Origin: Clostridiales bacterium
GTDB lineage: Bacteria > Bacillota > Clostridia > Saccharofermentanales > Saccharofermentanaceae
Reading direction: 5' to 3'
Length of the DNA stretch: 64,000 nt
Assembly: GCA_017513085.1 (NCBI GenBank)
Contig: JAFWDK010000010.1
Coordinates: 64,001 to 128,000 of the forward strand
Shown: piece by piece, positions 18,908-28,359 of the stretch
Layout: each line of letters begins with the position of its first letter
How positions within the stretch are numbered: position 1 is the first letter of the stretch
Made by a program: the position numbers and the translations under genes
Notes under the pieces: model-generated
The model's database searches: none
The model's input: the letters and a program-made list of their open reading frames with translations, nothing else
Told to the model about the DNA's origin: nothing

Positions 18908-19327
18908 ATGGAAAAAAGTAAGATCGAAGCTTTTATCAGGAAGCAGAAAGTAGCGTTCATCTGCTCTGTGGATGAGGATGGATTTCCTAATGTGAAAGCA
19001 ATGCTGAAACCGAGAAAGATCGAAGGGCTTCATGATTTCTATTTCTCTACCAATACATCCTCCATGCGGGTCAAGCAATACTTGAATGATCCGAAGGCGT
19101 GCATTTACTTCTACCAAAAGGGATTGATCAAATACACGGGAGTTATGCTGAAAGGTAAAATGGAAGTGCTTACAGACCAGAAGACAAAGAATATGATCTG
19201 GCGGAAAGGTGACACGATCTTCTATAAAGGCGGCGTTACGGATCCAGACTACTGCGTTTTGCGGTTTGCTGCAGAAAGCGGAAGATACTATTGCGATCTG
19301 AAGACAGAGAACTTTTCGATCGACTGA
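18908..19327 (+). CDS. Pyridoxamine 5'-phosphate oxidase / general stress protein 26-like flavin-binding protein
   Basis: SVDEDGFPNVKAM, YFSTNTSS, GVTDPDYCVLRF. Confidence 0.85.
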   Translation: MEKSKIEAFIRKQKVAFICSVDEDGFPNVKAMLKPRKIEGLHDFYFSTNTSSMRVKQYLNDPKACIYFYQKGLIKYTGVMLKGKMEVLTDQKTKNMIWRKGDTIFYKGGVTDPDYCVLRFAAESGRYYCDLKTENFSID

Positions 19328-19361
19328 ACAGACTGCTTTTAGCGATATCTGCGGAGGATTT

Positions 19362-20156
19362 TTGACAATGGAAGATTGGGAATTAGAAGTGAAGAATCAT
19401 TGGAATCAGGTTTCTGATTCCGATTGGTATAAATCATTAAGAACCGAAGAGAGACTTACCAGATTAAGACAGGATCCGGCTACAGCATTTCATCCGGAAA
19501 TGTTCTCTCTTATAAAGAAACATGTCGGGGACTTTTCCGGGAAAAAGATCTTGTTGCCGTCAAGCGGAGATAACTACGCTGCCTTTGCATTCGCATTAAT
19601 GGGCGCAAAGGTTACCTCTGCGGATATAAGCGAAAGACAGCTTGAAAATGCAAAGGAGATCTCTGACAGCTGGGGCTTAGATATCGAGTATATCTGTGAT
19701 AACACGATGTATTTGTCGAAAATCGAAGATGCATCTTACGATCTTGTATATACATCAAACGGGACATTGACCTGGATCGGCGACTTAAATGAAATGTACC
19801 GGAATGTGGCTCGTGTATTAAAGACGGGTGGGTATTCGGCAATGCTTGATATTCATCCTTTCAATCGGCCATTTACCGGTGAAGCGTGGAAAGCGCCTAC
19901 TATCAAGAAGTCCTATTACGATGTTTTTCCTGATCTTCATTGGAGGGTGCAGGATATCGTTAACTCTTATATCTCTGCCGGACTTCAGATAGAGGAGATG
20001 GCGGAACTCCCGGCAATCGATGCTTCATTCTGGTATTCCTTTGATGAGTTGAAAACAAAAACACCGGCGGACATAGAAAACATAAATGATTGGAAGAGTA
20101 ATGTGATGGCAGCACTTCCTGCGTGGCTGGGTTTGATTGCCAGAAAGGAGAATTAA
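19362..20156 (+). CDS. Class I SAM-dependent methyltransferase
   Basis: GAKVTSADISERQL, YDLVYTSNG, RVLKTGG. Start at 19362 (TTG) or 19368 (ATG). Confidence 0.85.
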   Translation: MTMEDWELEVKNHWNQVSDSDWYKSLRTEERLTRLRQDPATAFHPEMFSLIKKHVGDFSGKKILLPSSGDNYAAFAFALMGAKVTSADISERQLENAKEISDSWGLDIEYICDNTMYLSKIEDASYDLVYTSNGTLTWIGDLNEMYRNVARVLKTGGYSAMLDIHPFNRPFTGEAWKAPTIKKSYYDVFPDLHWRVQDIVNSYISAGLQIEEMAELPAIDASFWYSFDELKTKTPADIENINDWKSNVMAALPAWLGLIARKEN

Positions 20157-20157
20157 A

Positions 20158-20520
20158 ATGAAAAAGTGGTATGACGAAGAATATGAATTTACTGTGGAAG
20201 TGACCGGGTTCCTTCATGGAGACCATACGGAAAGATACTGCCGAAACGGAGAAGAGATCGGCGACAAATATACCTGCACCTATGGCTGCCCTGTAAATCA
20301 GGATGGATATGGCATCTGCTCGAAGACCATGATGATGCTGTATCCCTTGATGGAAGCAGTCAGAAGCGGCGGTGATCTTGAGAATCTCGGCGGTGACGGT
20401 AAGTATTCCAAAACCGTGGTATGCCCCGATGGCTGCGTGATCTTTAAGCTCACAGCAAAGCCCCTTGGAAATGAGAATTTCCACAAAGGCGGATTCTATG
20501 ATTATCCCGATGCAACCTAA
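20158..20520 (+). CDS. Small Cys-rich protein, TIGR04076-like
   Basis: YCRNGEEIGDKY, GICSK, VCPDGCVIFKL pattern. Confidence 0.7.
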   Translation: MKKWYDEEYEFTVEVTGFLHGDHTERYCRNGEEIGDKYTCTYGCPVNQDGYGICSKTMMMLYPLMEAVRSGGDLENLGGDGKYSKTVVCPDGCVIFKLTAKPLGNENFHKGGFYDYPDAT

Positions 20521-20548
20521 ATGGTGTCACTAGAAAAAGGGAGAAAAG

Positions 20549-21013
20549 ATGAATAGAACAGAAATAACTGAACTGACTGTATTGTGCCTGATTCACGACG
20601 AGGAGCGGTATTTGCTTCAGGATCGTGTGAGCGAGGACTGGAAAGGATATACGCTACCGGGAGGTCATGTGGAACCGGGTGAATCGATCGTCGATGCGGT
20701 GATCCGTGAGATGAAAGAAGAGACGGGACTTACGATACGTTCTCCAAGACTCTGCGGAATCAAACAGTTTCCGTTGAAAGACGGTGACTATGCTAATGGC
20801 CGGTATCTCGTATTCCTATATGAGACAAGTGATTTTGAAGGAGAATTAGTTTCATCTGATGAAGGAGCCATGCACTGGGTCGAGAAAAAGGAACTCGCAA
20901 ATGTCAACATAGTTGAAGATTTTCACGATCTCATCGATGTTATGATGAATGAGAATTACAGTGAATTCCAGTACACCGTCGAGGACGGAAACTGGATCGT
21001 GCATAAGCGATAG
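20549..21013 (+). CDS. NUDIX hydrolase (MutT/8-oxo-dGTPase-like)
   Basis: PGGHVEPGESIVDAVIREMKEETGL; SSDEG. Confidence 0.9.
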   Translation: MNRTEITELTVLCLIHDEERYLLQDRVSEDWKGYTLPGGHVEPGESIVDAVIREMKEETGLTIRSPRLCGIKQFPLKDGDYANGRYLVFLYETSDFEGELVSSDEGAMHWVEKKELANVNIVEDFHDLIDVMMNENYSEFQYTVEDGNWIVHKR

Positions 21014-21031
21014 ACGGTGGGGAGGGTCAAT

Positions 21032-21505
21032 ATGTTTGTAAACGATTTGGAATACAGATGTGCAGATACAAGTGATGCGAAACTGCTGGTGGAAATCTAT
21101 AATTCTGCATTTTATGATGATTTCATCCGCTACGGACAGTGCCAGGCGTATGGCCGTTCCGAGGAGAATATGCAGATGTCTATCATCGATTATCCGAAGA
21201 TCATTGCCTATGATCAGGGAAAGGCTGTAGGCGTTATCAGTTATAAAGAGGAAGAACCCGGAAAGTATTATATCGGCTGCTTAGCAGTCGTAAAAGAAGA
21301 ACAGGGCCGTGGAATCGGAACGCTGCTGATGAAGCATTTTATGAGTGAACATCCGGATTGGCAGGAGCTCACGTTGGTCACTCCCAAAGATAATGAGCGG
21401 AATATCCGGTTTTACACCAAGCGGTTCGGTTTCGATATTGTGGGAGAAGAAGTAGATGGAACGGTGACTGTTCTACATTTTAAACTAAGCAGGAAAGACA
21501 TATGA
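21032..21505 (+). CDS. GNAT-family N-acetyltransferase
   Basis: LAVVKEEQGRGIG, NIRFYTKRFGF; GGAGG RBS. Confidence 0.88.
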   Translation: MFVNDLEYRCADTSDAKLLVEIYNSAFYDDFIRYGQCQAYGRSEENMQMSIIDYPKIIAYDQGKAVGVISYKEEEPGKYYIGCLAVVKEEQGRGIGTLLMKHFMSEHPDWQELTLVTPKDNERNIRFYTKRFGFDIVGEEVDGTVTVLHFKLSRKDI

Positions 21506-22119
21506 AGAATATTCTGATCGTTGGTCCGAGCAGATCTGGAAAATCTACCTTAGCGAAAAGAATTCATGAAGAATTGGGATTCTTTGTTCTCAGTACAGAT
21601 AAGCTTGTGGCCGTTTTTCAAAATGCGTACCCGCAACTGGATATACGTCTGAATTGGGATAGAGATAAAACGACCGAGAATCTGGCACCATTCCTGGGGC
21701 ATTTTCTTGGAACATTCGATACTTCTGATGGCCGGGGATTGCTTGGCTATAGTCATGGTGATACCGGTGAGAACAGATTTGTTATCGAAGGATCGTATTT
21801 TGATCCGGAGATAATAACGAGGATCCTTAAATCATATAATTGCGATTCTTTAAAGGAAAAGTTCATACTAATTGGTCTGTTACAAAGAGAAAAGAACGCA
21901 GAGGATTTTTATAGAGATTTTCGAAAATATGATACAGATAAAGATTGGACATTTCATTTGTCAGATGAAGAACTCATGAATGTATCTGTGGAGGCAGTTT
22001 CCTACAACCAATCTATGTTTGAACTGCTTGATCGGTATGGATTCGATATTTATGATACGTCACATGATCGTGAAGCTATATTTGATGAAATACTGAAGAA
22101 AATACGGACGGATAAGTGA
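21502..22119 (+). CDS. P-loop kinase-like (AAA-family) protein
   Basis: Walker A GPSRSGKST, VIEG. Confidence 0.75.
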   Translation: MKNILIVGPSRSGKSTLAKRIHEELGFFVLSTDKLVAVFQNAYPQLDIRLNWDRDKTTENLAPFLGHFLGTFDTSDGRGLLGYSHGDTGENRFVIEGSYFDPEIITRILKSYNCDSLKEKFILIGLLQREKNAEDFYRDFRKYDTDKDWTFHLSDEELMNVSVEAVSYNQSMFELLDRYGFDIYDTSHDREAIFDEILKKIRTDK

Positions 22120-22185
22120 TTACAGTCTGATAGGAGATTGCTATGGATAAAGAAGCGATGTTTTCGGCAATCAATGGAAAGAAAC

Positions 22186-22914
22186 ATGGGAACAATTAAA
22201 GATTACAGAAAGATGGTAGAGCAGCCATGGGGCAGGATGTTCTACGAAATGATATATAATCAGCTGGACTTTTCAGGTGATAAGAGGCTTAGGATACTGG
22301 ATTTTGGTGCAGGATTCTGCATTACTTCGGATCACTATGCCAAGGATCATGAAGTGATTGCGGTAGAGCCGAATGAAGAGATGTACAGCCTGCGGGTCAA
22401 GGAAAATGAGTATACCCTGATCAAGCAGGGATTGGATTATCTTAAGACAGTGCCGGATAACTCGATCGATGTTGCTCTTTGCCATAATGTTCTGGAATAT
22501 GTTGATAACAGAGAAGAAATCCTGAAGCAGCTGGCGCGGGTAGTCAAACCGGAAGGAGTCCTTTCTGTAATTAAACATAATCTTTACGGAAGAGTCATGG
22601 GAAGTGCGGTGCTTGCTGACGATCCTCAAGCGGCACTGGATCTTCTGAATGAAGTTCCCGAGGACAGCATGTTCGGAAACAGAAGCGTATATAGCGATGA
22701 ACTGCTTATCGAAGCATTGTCTCATGATATGACACTCTCTGAAACATTTGGAATAAGGGCATTCTTCGGGCTTTCTTCCAATAATGAGATCAAGTCGAAG
22801 ACAGAATGGTACCAGCCGATGCTCGAGCTGGAAATCAAAGCGAGCACGATGGATGAATTCAGGAAAATAGCGTTTTTCCACCATCTGGTGTTTCGAAAGA
22901 ACGGGAGAAGCTAG
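22186..22914 (+). CDS. Class I SAM-dependent methyltransferase
   Basis: ILDFGAGF, AVEPN, CHNVLEY, RVVKPEG. Confidence 0.88.
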   Translation: MGTIKDYRKMVEQPWGRMFYEMIYNQLDFSGDKRLRILDFGAGFCITSDHYAKDHEVIAVEPNEEMYSLRVKENEYTLIKQGLDYLKTVPDNSIDVALCHNVLEYVDNREEILKQLARVVKPEGVLSVIKHNLYGRVMGSAVLADDPQAALDLLNEVPEDSMFGNRSVYSDELLIEALSHDMTLSETFGIRAFFGLSSNNEIKSKTEWYQPMLELEIKASTMDEFRKIAFFHHLVFRKNGRS

Positions 22915-22917
22915 AAA

Positions 22918-23850
22918 GTGATAACGAAGAACAGACAATCAAATGATACGATTTCCCGCATGGCAAAACTGGCTTTCCCGGATAAGCAGATCGCGGAAGT
23001 AAAAGAACTTACCGAGGGCATGTGTAATGTGACCTATTCGATTGCTTTTAGCGATGGCAGCGAGAGCATCCTGAAAATTGCGGCGAAAGATCGAAGCGGA
23101 AATACTTCGAATGAAGTGAATCTAATGCGTGCCGAGATTACGGCCATGAATCTGGTTGCCGAAAAATGCTCGTTTAAAGTAGCTGACGTCCAGTACTATG
23201 ATGCCAGTAACACGATCTGCGATGGAAACTACTTCTTCATGGAAAAACTGGAGGGTGACAATTTCCACTTCGTGAAAGAGAAGATGTCGGAAGAGGAGAT
23301 CTCCGCGATAGGAAAAGAACTCGGCAGGATATCCAGAGAACTATCCACGATTCAGAATCCGGACTTCGGGTTCCTGGGAGAAGATACCCGATATGAATCT
23401 CTATTTACGTTTGTCAAACAGATGCTGTCAAATCTCATCTCCGATGCGGAAAGAAGAAACGTCGACATTCTATACGATGGCCGGACACTTCTGGATCAAT
23501 TGGAAAAGGATAAAGGCGCTTTTGAAGAGGTGAAGAAAGCCTCCCTCGTCCACTGGGATATGTGGGAAGGAAATGTATTTGTCAAAGATGGACGTGTGAG
23601 CGGTATCATAGACTGGGAAAGAGCGATGTGGGGCGAACCGTTTATGGATGACCGCTTCAGAATGCATAACAGAGATAAGGTTTTTCTGGAAGGCTTTGGT
23701 CAGACTTCGTTCTCCGAGGATGAACTAAGGAGAATGCGTTGGTATGACATCATCCTTTACTTAACGATGATGATCGAAGTCTTCTATAGAGAATTCGAGG
23801 ATAAAGGGCAGTATTTCTGGGCAAGAGAGATGCTGGAGAAGGTTGTTTAG
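22918..23850 (+). CDS. Aminoglycoside phosphotransferase (APH)-family kinase
   Basis: LVHWDMWEGNV, GIIDWE motifs. Confidence 0.88.
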   Translation: MITKNRQSNDTISRMAKLAFPDKQIAEVKELTEGMCNVTYSIAFSDGSESILKIAAKDRSGNTSNEVNLMRAEITAMNLVAEKCSFKVADVQYYDASNTICDGNYFFMEKLEGDNFHFVKEKMSEEEISAIGKELGRISRELSTIQNPDFGFLGEDTRYESLFTFVKQMLSNLISDAERRNVDILYDGRTLLDQLEKDKGAFEEVKKASLVHWDMWEGNVFVKDGRVSGIIDWERAMWGEPFMDDRFRMHNRDKVFLEGFGQTSFSEDELRRMRWYDIILYLTMMIEVFYREFEDKGQYFWAREMLEKVV

Positions 23851-23868
23851 AAAGGACAGGAGTTTTCT

Positions 23869-24426
23869 ATGAGCGAACATGCACATCCGGAAGAAGAAAA
23901 GAAAGAGATGGCTCTTCTAAAGATCGGAGAACTGGCCAGCCTTGCCGGGGTCTCATCGAAGGCTTTGCGGCTCTATGAAAGTAAAGATATCATCAAGCCG
24001 GTGAAGGTCGATCCGGAGACCGGTTACCGGTTCTACTCCGCGGAGCAGTGCGAGATCGTGGAAGCGCTGGTCGCGCTACAGGATATGGGATTTTCGTTAA
24101 ATGAGATCAGGATGCTTCTGCAGGAACCGGCTTCTACGGAAGACATTCAAGTGCTTTTCGCAAAGAAGAGACAGGCGCTTCAGGAAACGATCTGGAAGGT
24201 TCAGGCCCAGATCGAGGAGGTGGATGCGCTGGAAGGAAGTCTCTTAGGGAAGAAGCCTTGGCCGTCGGAGAAGGCGGATACGGAAGATCCGATGACGGAG
24301 GAATCCTCGCTTTCGAAACCATTCCTAGAAATGAGCGACGACGAACGTGCCTGGTATCTGGCGAAAATGGTCCGCGTGAATCCGCATAATGTCCGTCAGA
24401 TCTTAAGTGAAGCGATCTGGCTGTAA
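23869..24426 (+). CDS. MerR-family transcriptional regulator
   Basis: KIGELASLAGVSSKALRLYE...VDPETGYRFY. Confidence 0.9.
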   Translation: MSEHAHPEEEKKEMALLKIGELASLAGVSSKALRLYESKDIIKPVKVDPETGYRFYSAEQCEIVEALVALQDMGFSLNEIRMLLQEPASTEDIQVLFAKKRQALQETIWKVQAQIEEVDALEGSLLGKKPWPSEKADTEDPMTEESSLSKPFLEMSDDERAWYLAKMVRVNPHNVRQILSEAIWL

Positions 24427-24437
24427 GCCTAGGTGCT

Positions 24438-25412
24438 TCAGGCTTCTGCGTGTCCCTGCTCAAGCACTTCCAGAGCTCGCTCCGCGCCGGCACGGTTATT
24501 CTTCATGTTATTCACGGAGCGGTTGATGACAAAGACACTCTGCATGACGCCCGCCCGGTACTGGGTGATCTTCATGAGCGTGGCAAGGCTGTCGATGGAT
24601 TCGCCCATCATGGTGCCGCCCAATACCAGTAACAGGATATAACCGGATCCGCCGGAAAGGGTATTGAGAAAGTTTGATCTGGCCATCGCCCGGTGTGCCT
24701 TCATATTCTCCTGAAGCATACTCAGGCTCGTATCTTCGACTTTCTTCATGACCAGTTCTTTTCCATCAAAGATCGAGATCGCCTGATGCGCTCTCAGGAT
24801 CGGCTCCGCCCAGTTGGTGTATTCGCCGAACTTCTCCTGGGCGCGCTTCTTGAACTGAGGGATCTTTCTGACCACGACGATGCAGCTCAGAAACATGAAG
24901 GGAACCGTGATCGCAATGGATACGGCGAGTAATGGCAGGTTCAGGAAGGCCAGGACGATGGACGACAGGATCAGATTCACGAGAGCAATGAATAAATGCA
25001 TGAATGTGACAGGCCCCATCATGTAGGCGTGCAGGCGGTCCACATCGTAGTTCATCCGGTTGATCCATTCGCCGCTCGAAAAGCACTGGATATCGGCATA
25101 TTCCGAGGAAATTATATGGGAGAGGAGCTTCTTCCGAAGTCTTGAAAGGAGAAGCAGATTCAGTTTCATGGAGATCGTTGCCCAGATCGTCATGTTATAG
25201 ACGAACAAAAGGAGCGAAAGAAGAAGGAAAAGCCAGAATGTGGGAAGAAGGGAATCCCTCTGCCCCTGCTCCATCAGACGAATAAACCGGGAAATCAGAT
25301 TTGCGGAAAGCACGGTGCTGAGAAAGTCAAAGGGCGCGCGAAGAAGAAGGGATACGATGAACAGACGAAGGACACCGAGTTCGCGCAGAAGATGACACAG
25401 CCTTCTAAACAT
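24438..25412 (-). CDS. ABC exporter transmembrane domain protein (no ATPase domain)
   Basis: Six-helix ABC_membrane pattern with SSGEWINRMNYDV; ends right after the TMD. Confidence 0.8.
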   Translation of the reverse strand: MFRRLCHLLRELGVLRLFIVSLLLRAPFDFLSTVLSANLISRFIRLMEQGQRDSLLPTFWLFLLLSLLLFVYNMTIWATISMKLNLLLLSRLRKKLLSHIISSEYADIQCFSSGEWINRMNYDVDRLHAYMMGPVTFMHLFIALVNLILSSIVLAFLNLPLLAVSIAITVPFMFLSCIVVVRKIPQFKKRAQEKFGEYTNWAEPILRAHQAISIFDGKELVMKKVEDTSLSMLQENMKAHRAMARSNFLNTLSGGSGYILLLVLGGTMMGESIDSLATLMKITQYRAGVMQSVFVINRSVNNMKNNRAGAERALEVLEQGHAEA

Positions 25413-26076
25413 AGAGCGTTCCCCCTTCCATACGAAGAATCCGGTCGTAACCCTTCAGGTATTCGACCTGATGCGTGACATGTACGATGGTAAGATTACG
25501 GGAAGAGTCCGCGGTGCAGGCGTCTAGAGAGGCCATAACAGAAGCGGCTGTGGATGCATCCAGAGATGCTGTGGGTTCATCCAGGAGAAGAAGTGGTGCT
25601 TCCTTGCACATGGCCCGTGCAATCGCCAGACGCTGGGCCTGTCCGCCGGAAAGTTCATCTGCGCGGTCACCGAGATAGGTGTGGATCCCGTCAGGCAGGG
25701 AATCGACCCACTCAAGCAAACTGACCTGTTCCAGTACTTTTCGCACTGAACCTTCGCTATAGTCATGCCCCAGCGTGATATTCTCGAAAATAGTCATCGG
25801 CAGCAGCATCGCCGATTGCATAACGACCGAGACGTTCTTTCGGATATCCGAAGGAACGGATTTTCCGAGAATGTTTACCGAGCCCGAAGAAGGCCGCAGA
25901 AGACCCGCCAGGATCTTGAGAAAAGTGCTTTTGCCGCATCCGCTTTCGCCTACGATGCCGATTCTTTCTCCTTTTTGGATCGTAAGAGAAATATCCTGAA
26001 GGATAGGCTTGGTATCGTAGGAAAAAGAAATGTGGGAAATATCTGCTAGAATCTGCTTCTTATCGGAATTAGACAT
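25405..26076 (-). CDS. Stand-alone ABC ATP-binding protein
   Basis: GESGCGKST, LSGGQAQR, LLLDEPT, H-loop VTH. Confidence 0.92.
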   Translation of the reverse strand: MSNSDKKQILADISHISFSYDTKPILQDISLTIQKGERIGIVGESGCGKSTFLKILAGLLRPSSGSVNILGKSVPSDIRKNVSVVMQSAMLLPMTIFENITLGHDYSEGSVRKVLEQVSLLEWVDSLPDGIHTYLGDRADELSGGQAQRLAIARAMCKEAPLLLLDEPTASLDASTAASVMASLDACTADSSRNLTIVHVTHQVEYLKGYDRILRMEGGTLYV

Positions 26077-27007
26077 GAGATCCTCCTTCTAAGATGATAT
26101 CGATCCGCTTCAGGTTCGATGTGAAAGTCCGAAAATGTGCAAGGAATGTCGGGGTATTCATGAGAAACCCGGTGACATTATTCTGAAGATTCAGAAATAC
26201 GATAAAAGTTCCAAGTGTGATCGTCCCGGAAATGACCATGTATCCGCCGGTTAAGAAAAGGCAGAGTAAAGGTACTTTGGAGAGAAGACCGGAAATAGAA
26301 TTCAGCACCGCATGAAGCTGATCATCTTTCCGGAAACTCTTCCCCCACGCCTCCATATCCTGATCGTATTTTTCTTCTAGAAAAGCACCTGCGTCGAAAA
26401 CCGAGATGACCGGGTGATTCGTGACTGCGCTGAAGACCGTGCGGTTCATGCGGCGCTTAGCGGCAAGCGTGGCTTTCGTGATCTTGGCAAGTTTAGATCC
26501 GGAGAAAGCAACGTAGATCAGGATCAGAAGAGTCGGGAGCAGAAATGCCAGGGAAAGAAGTACATTTTCGATAAAGAGAAATACCAGTACCAGAATACAG
26601 GTGATGAGCATGCTGATATTAAAGAAGAAAGAATTGCTGAAAAAGTCAGAAGACAGCGCCAGCTCACCCTGCACAGTGGACATGGCCTGATCAGCGGATA
26701 TCGTTGCGCCCTTCGGGCTTTCAAGGAGATATCGCATGTATCCCATGCGAAGTGTATGGGAAGCTTTCTCGGCAGTATAGTTTCCTACCATCTGATCGAG
26801 GTAATTGAGACTGGCTAAAGCCAGGATCAGAAGAAGCAGAAGAAGGACAAGTTCCGGAATGATCCCGTTTTCATCCACGATCCGATTGACCAGGATCCCA
26901 ACAAAATGGGCATAGACGAGCTGGGCAACATTCACCAGCAACGATATAAACAGAGCAAATGTGACCCAGATCCGATTTGCCTTAAGTATCCTTCCGAGAA
27001 CGCTCAT
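26069..27007 (-). CDS. ABC exporter transmembrane domain protein (no ATPase domain)
   Basis: Six TM helices, GGYMVISGTITLGTFIVF motif; GGAGG RBS. Confidence 0.8.
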   Translation of the reverse strand: MSVLGRILKANRIWVTFALFISLLVNVAQLVYAHFVGILVNRIVDENGIIPELVLLLLLLILALASLNYLDQMVGNYTAEKASHTLRMGYMRYLLESPKGATISADQAMSTVQGELALSSDFFSNSFFFNISMLITCILVLVFLFIENVLLSLAFLLPTLLILIYVAFSGSKLAKITKATLAAKRRMNRTVFSAVTNHPVISVFDAGAFLEEKYDQDMEAWGKSFRKDDQLHAVLNSISGLLSKVPLLCLFLTGGYMVISGTITLGTFIVFLNLQNNVTGFLMNTPTFLAHFRTFTSNLKRIDIILEGGSHV

Positions 27008-27037
27008 ACCATGACCTCCTTAACACTATCTGGCTCA

Positions 27038-27068
27038 ATCGTAAACCTTGTCCCAAGGACAAAGTCAA
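27038..27068 (-). promoter_or_regulatory. MerR-type promoter/operator of the three-gene ABC operon
   Basis: Minus strand reads TTGACT-ttgtccttgggacaaggtt-TACGAT: 19-bp spacer with dyad TTGTCC-TTG-GGACAA. Confidence 0.85.
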
Positions 27069-27203
27069 GAGAAGATGGTGTGAAAAAAATTCATTATTCC
27101 GAGAAAGCGAAGCCTACCAGAGGAAGTTTGACTCTTATGTGCTATAATCGAACTGAGGTTGCGTAGACGTTGAAAGGATTTTCAGATAAACAGGGGTAGT
27201 AAA

Positions 27204-28334
27204 ATGAACGTAGAAGCACTAAATTGTCAGTGTTGCGGAGCAGCTCTGAAAATTGGAAATTCCGTATGTACATGTGAGTATTGTGGTACCACCAATATTG
27301 TGAGCGGCAGTACCGGCAAGTATATAGATCTTCTTAACAGAGCCAATAAACTCAGACAGCAGTGTGAGTTTGACAGAGCTTTCAGGGTGTATGACGAGAT
27401 CCTTGCCGAGAATGGATCCTATGTGGATGTTCTGTGGGCCCAGACTCTTTGTGAGTATGGAATAGAGTATGTTCAGGATCCCGTATCCGGAAGATACATG
27501 CCTACGCTTCACAGGATCAAGGATGAAAGTATATTAAATTCCGAGTCTTTCAATGAAGCACTCGGTAAGGCTGATGATGCGCAGAAGGAAGAGTTGAAAA
27601 ACGCGGCGATGGAGATTGCCAAGATTCAGGAAGATTATCTGAACATTGCTGCGGGGGAGAAGCCTTATGATGTTTTCATTTGTTATAAGGAAACCGATGA
27701 AGAGACCGGCGAGCGTACAGCAGACAGCGATATCGCATTTAAACTCTACGAGAAACTTGCCCGCTACGGATTAAAGGTCTTCTTTTCCAGAGTCACACTT
27801 CAGGATAAGCTGGGTGTAAACTATGAGCCTTATATTTTTGCAGCATTAAAGAGTGCCACCGTCATGGCGGTTATAGGCACAAAGGCCGAGTATTTTAGTG
27901 CCGTATGGGTCAGGAATGAATGGGCAAGATTTTATAAACTCAAAGAATTAAACGACAGAAAACTGATGCTCTTTGCCTGCAATGATATCGAAGATCTTCC
28001 ACCCGTATTCAGACAGAAGCAGGCGCAGCTGCTTACGGAATCCGATGCCGTTGAAAACATGGCGGAGAATATCAGAGATTACGTACTTAAGATAAAAGGT
28101 GAAAACAAAGAATTGGTTCAGGCCAGGTGCCCCAATTGTTATAAAGTGATTACTGCGGATCCTTCCATGCAGGCTGCCATTTGTCCCCAGTGTAAGAAGC
28201 CTTTTGTCGTTGCGGATGCGGTGGTAATGTCTGATCTTCTTAACAAAAAAAGAATTAAATGTCCTTTTTGCGGAAGAGAGCAGGAACGTAACAGATTCGG
28301 ATGTATTTTCTGCCATAAGAAAATTCCTGTGTGA
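27204..28334 (+). CDS. TIR-domain protein with N- and C-terminal Zn-ribbons
   Basis: CxxC pairs at both ends; TIR motifs YDVFICYK, LKVFFS, WVRNEW (putative catalytic Glu). Confidence 0.82.
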   Translation: MNVEALNCQCCGAALKIGNSVCTCEYCGTTNIVSGSTGKYIDLLNRANKLRQQCEFDRAFRVYDEILAENGSYVDVLWAQTLCEYGIEYVQDPVSGRYMPTLHRIKDESILNSESFNEALGKADDAQKEELKNAAMEIAKIQEDYLNIAAGEKPYDVFICYKETDEETGERTADSDIAFKLYEKLARYGLKVFFSRVTLQDKLGVNYEPYIFAALKSATVMAVIGTKAEYFSAVWVRNEWARFYKLKELNDRKLMLFACNDIEDLPPVFRQKQAQLLTESDAVENMAENIRDYVLKIKGENKELVQARCPNCYKVITADPSMQAAICPQCKKPFVVADAVVMSDLLNKKRIKCPFCGREQERNRFGCIFCHKKIPV

Positions 28335-28359
28335 GAAAGGGAATATACTACCGGTATCT

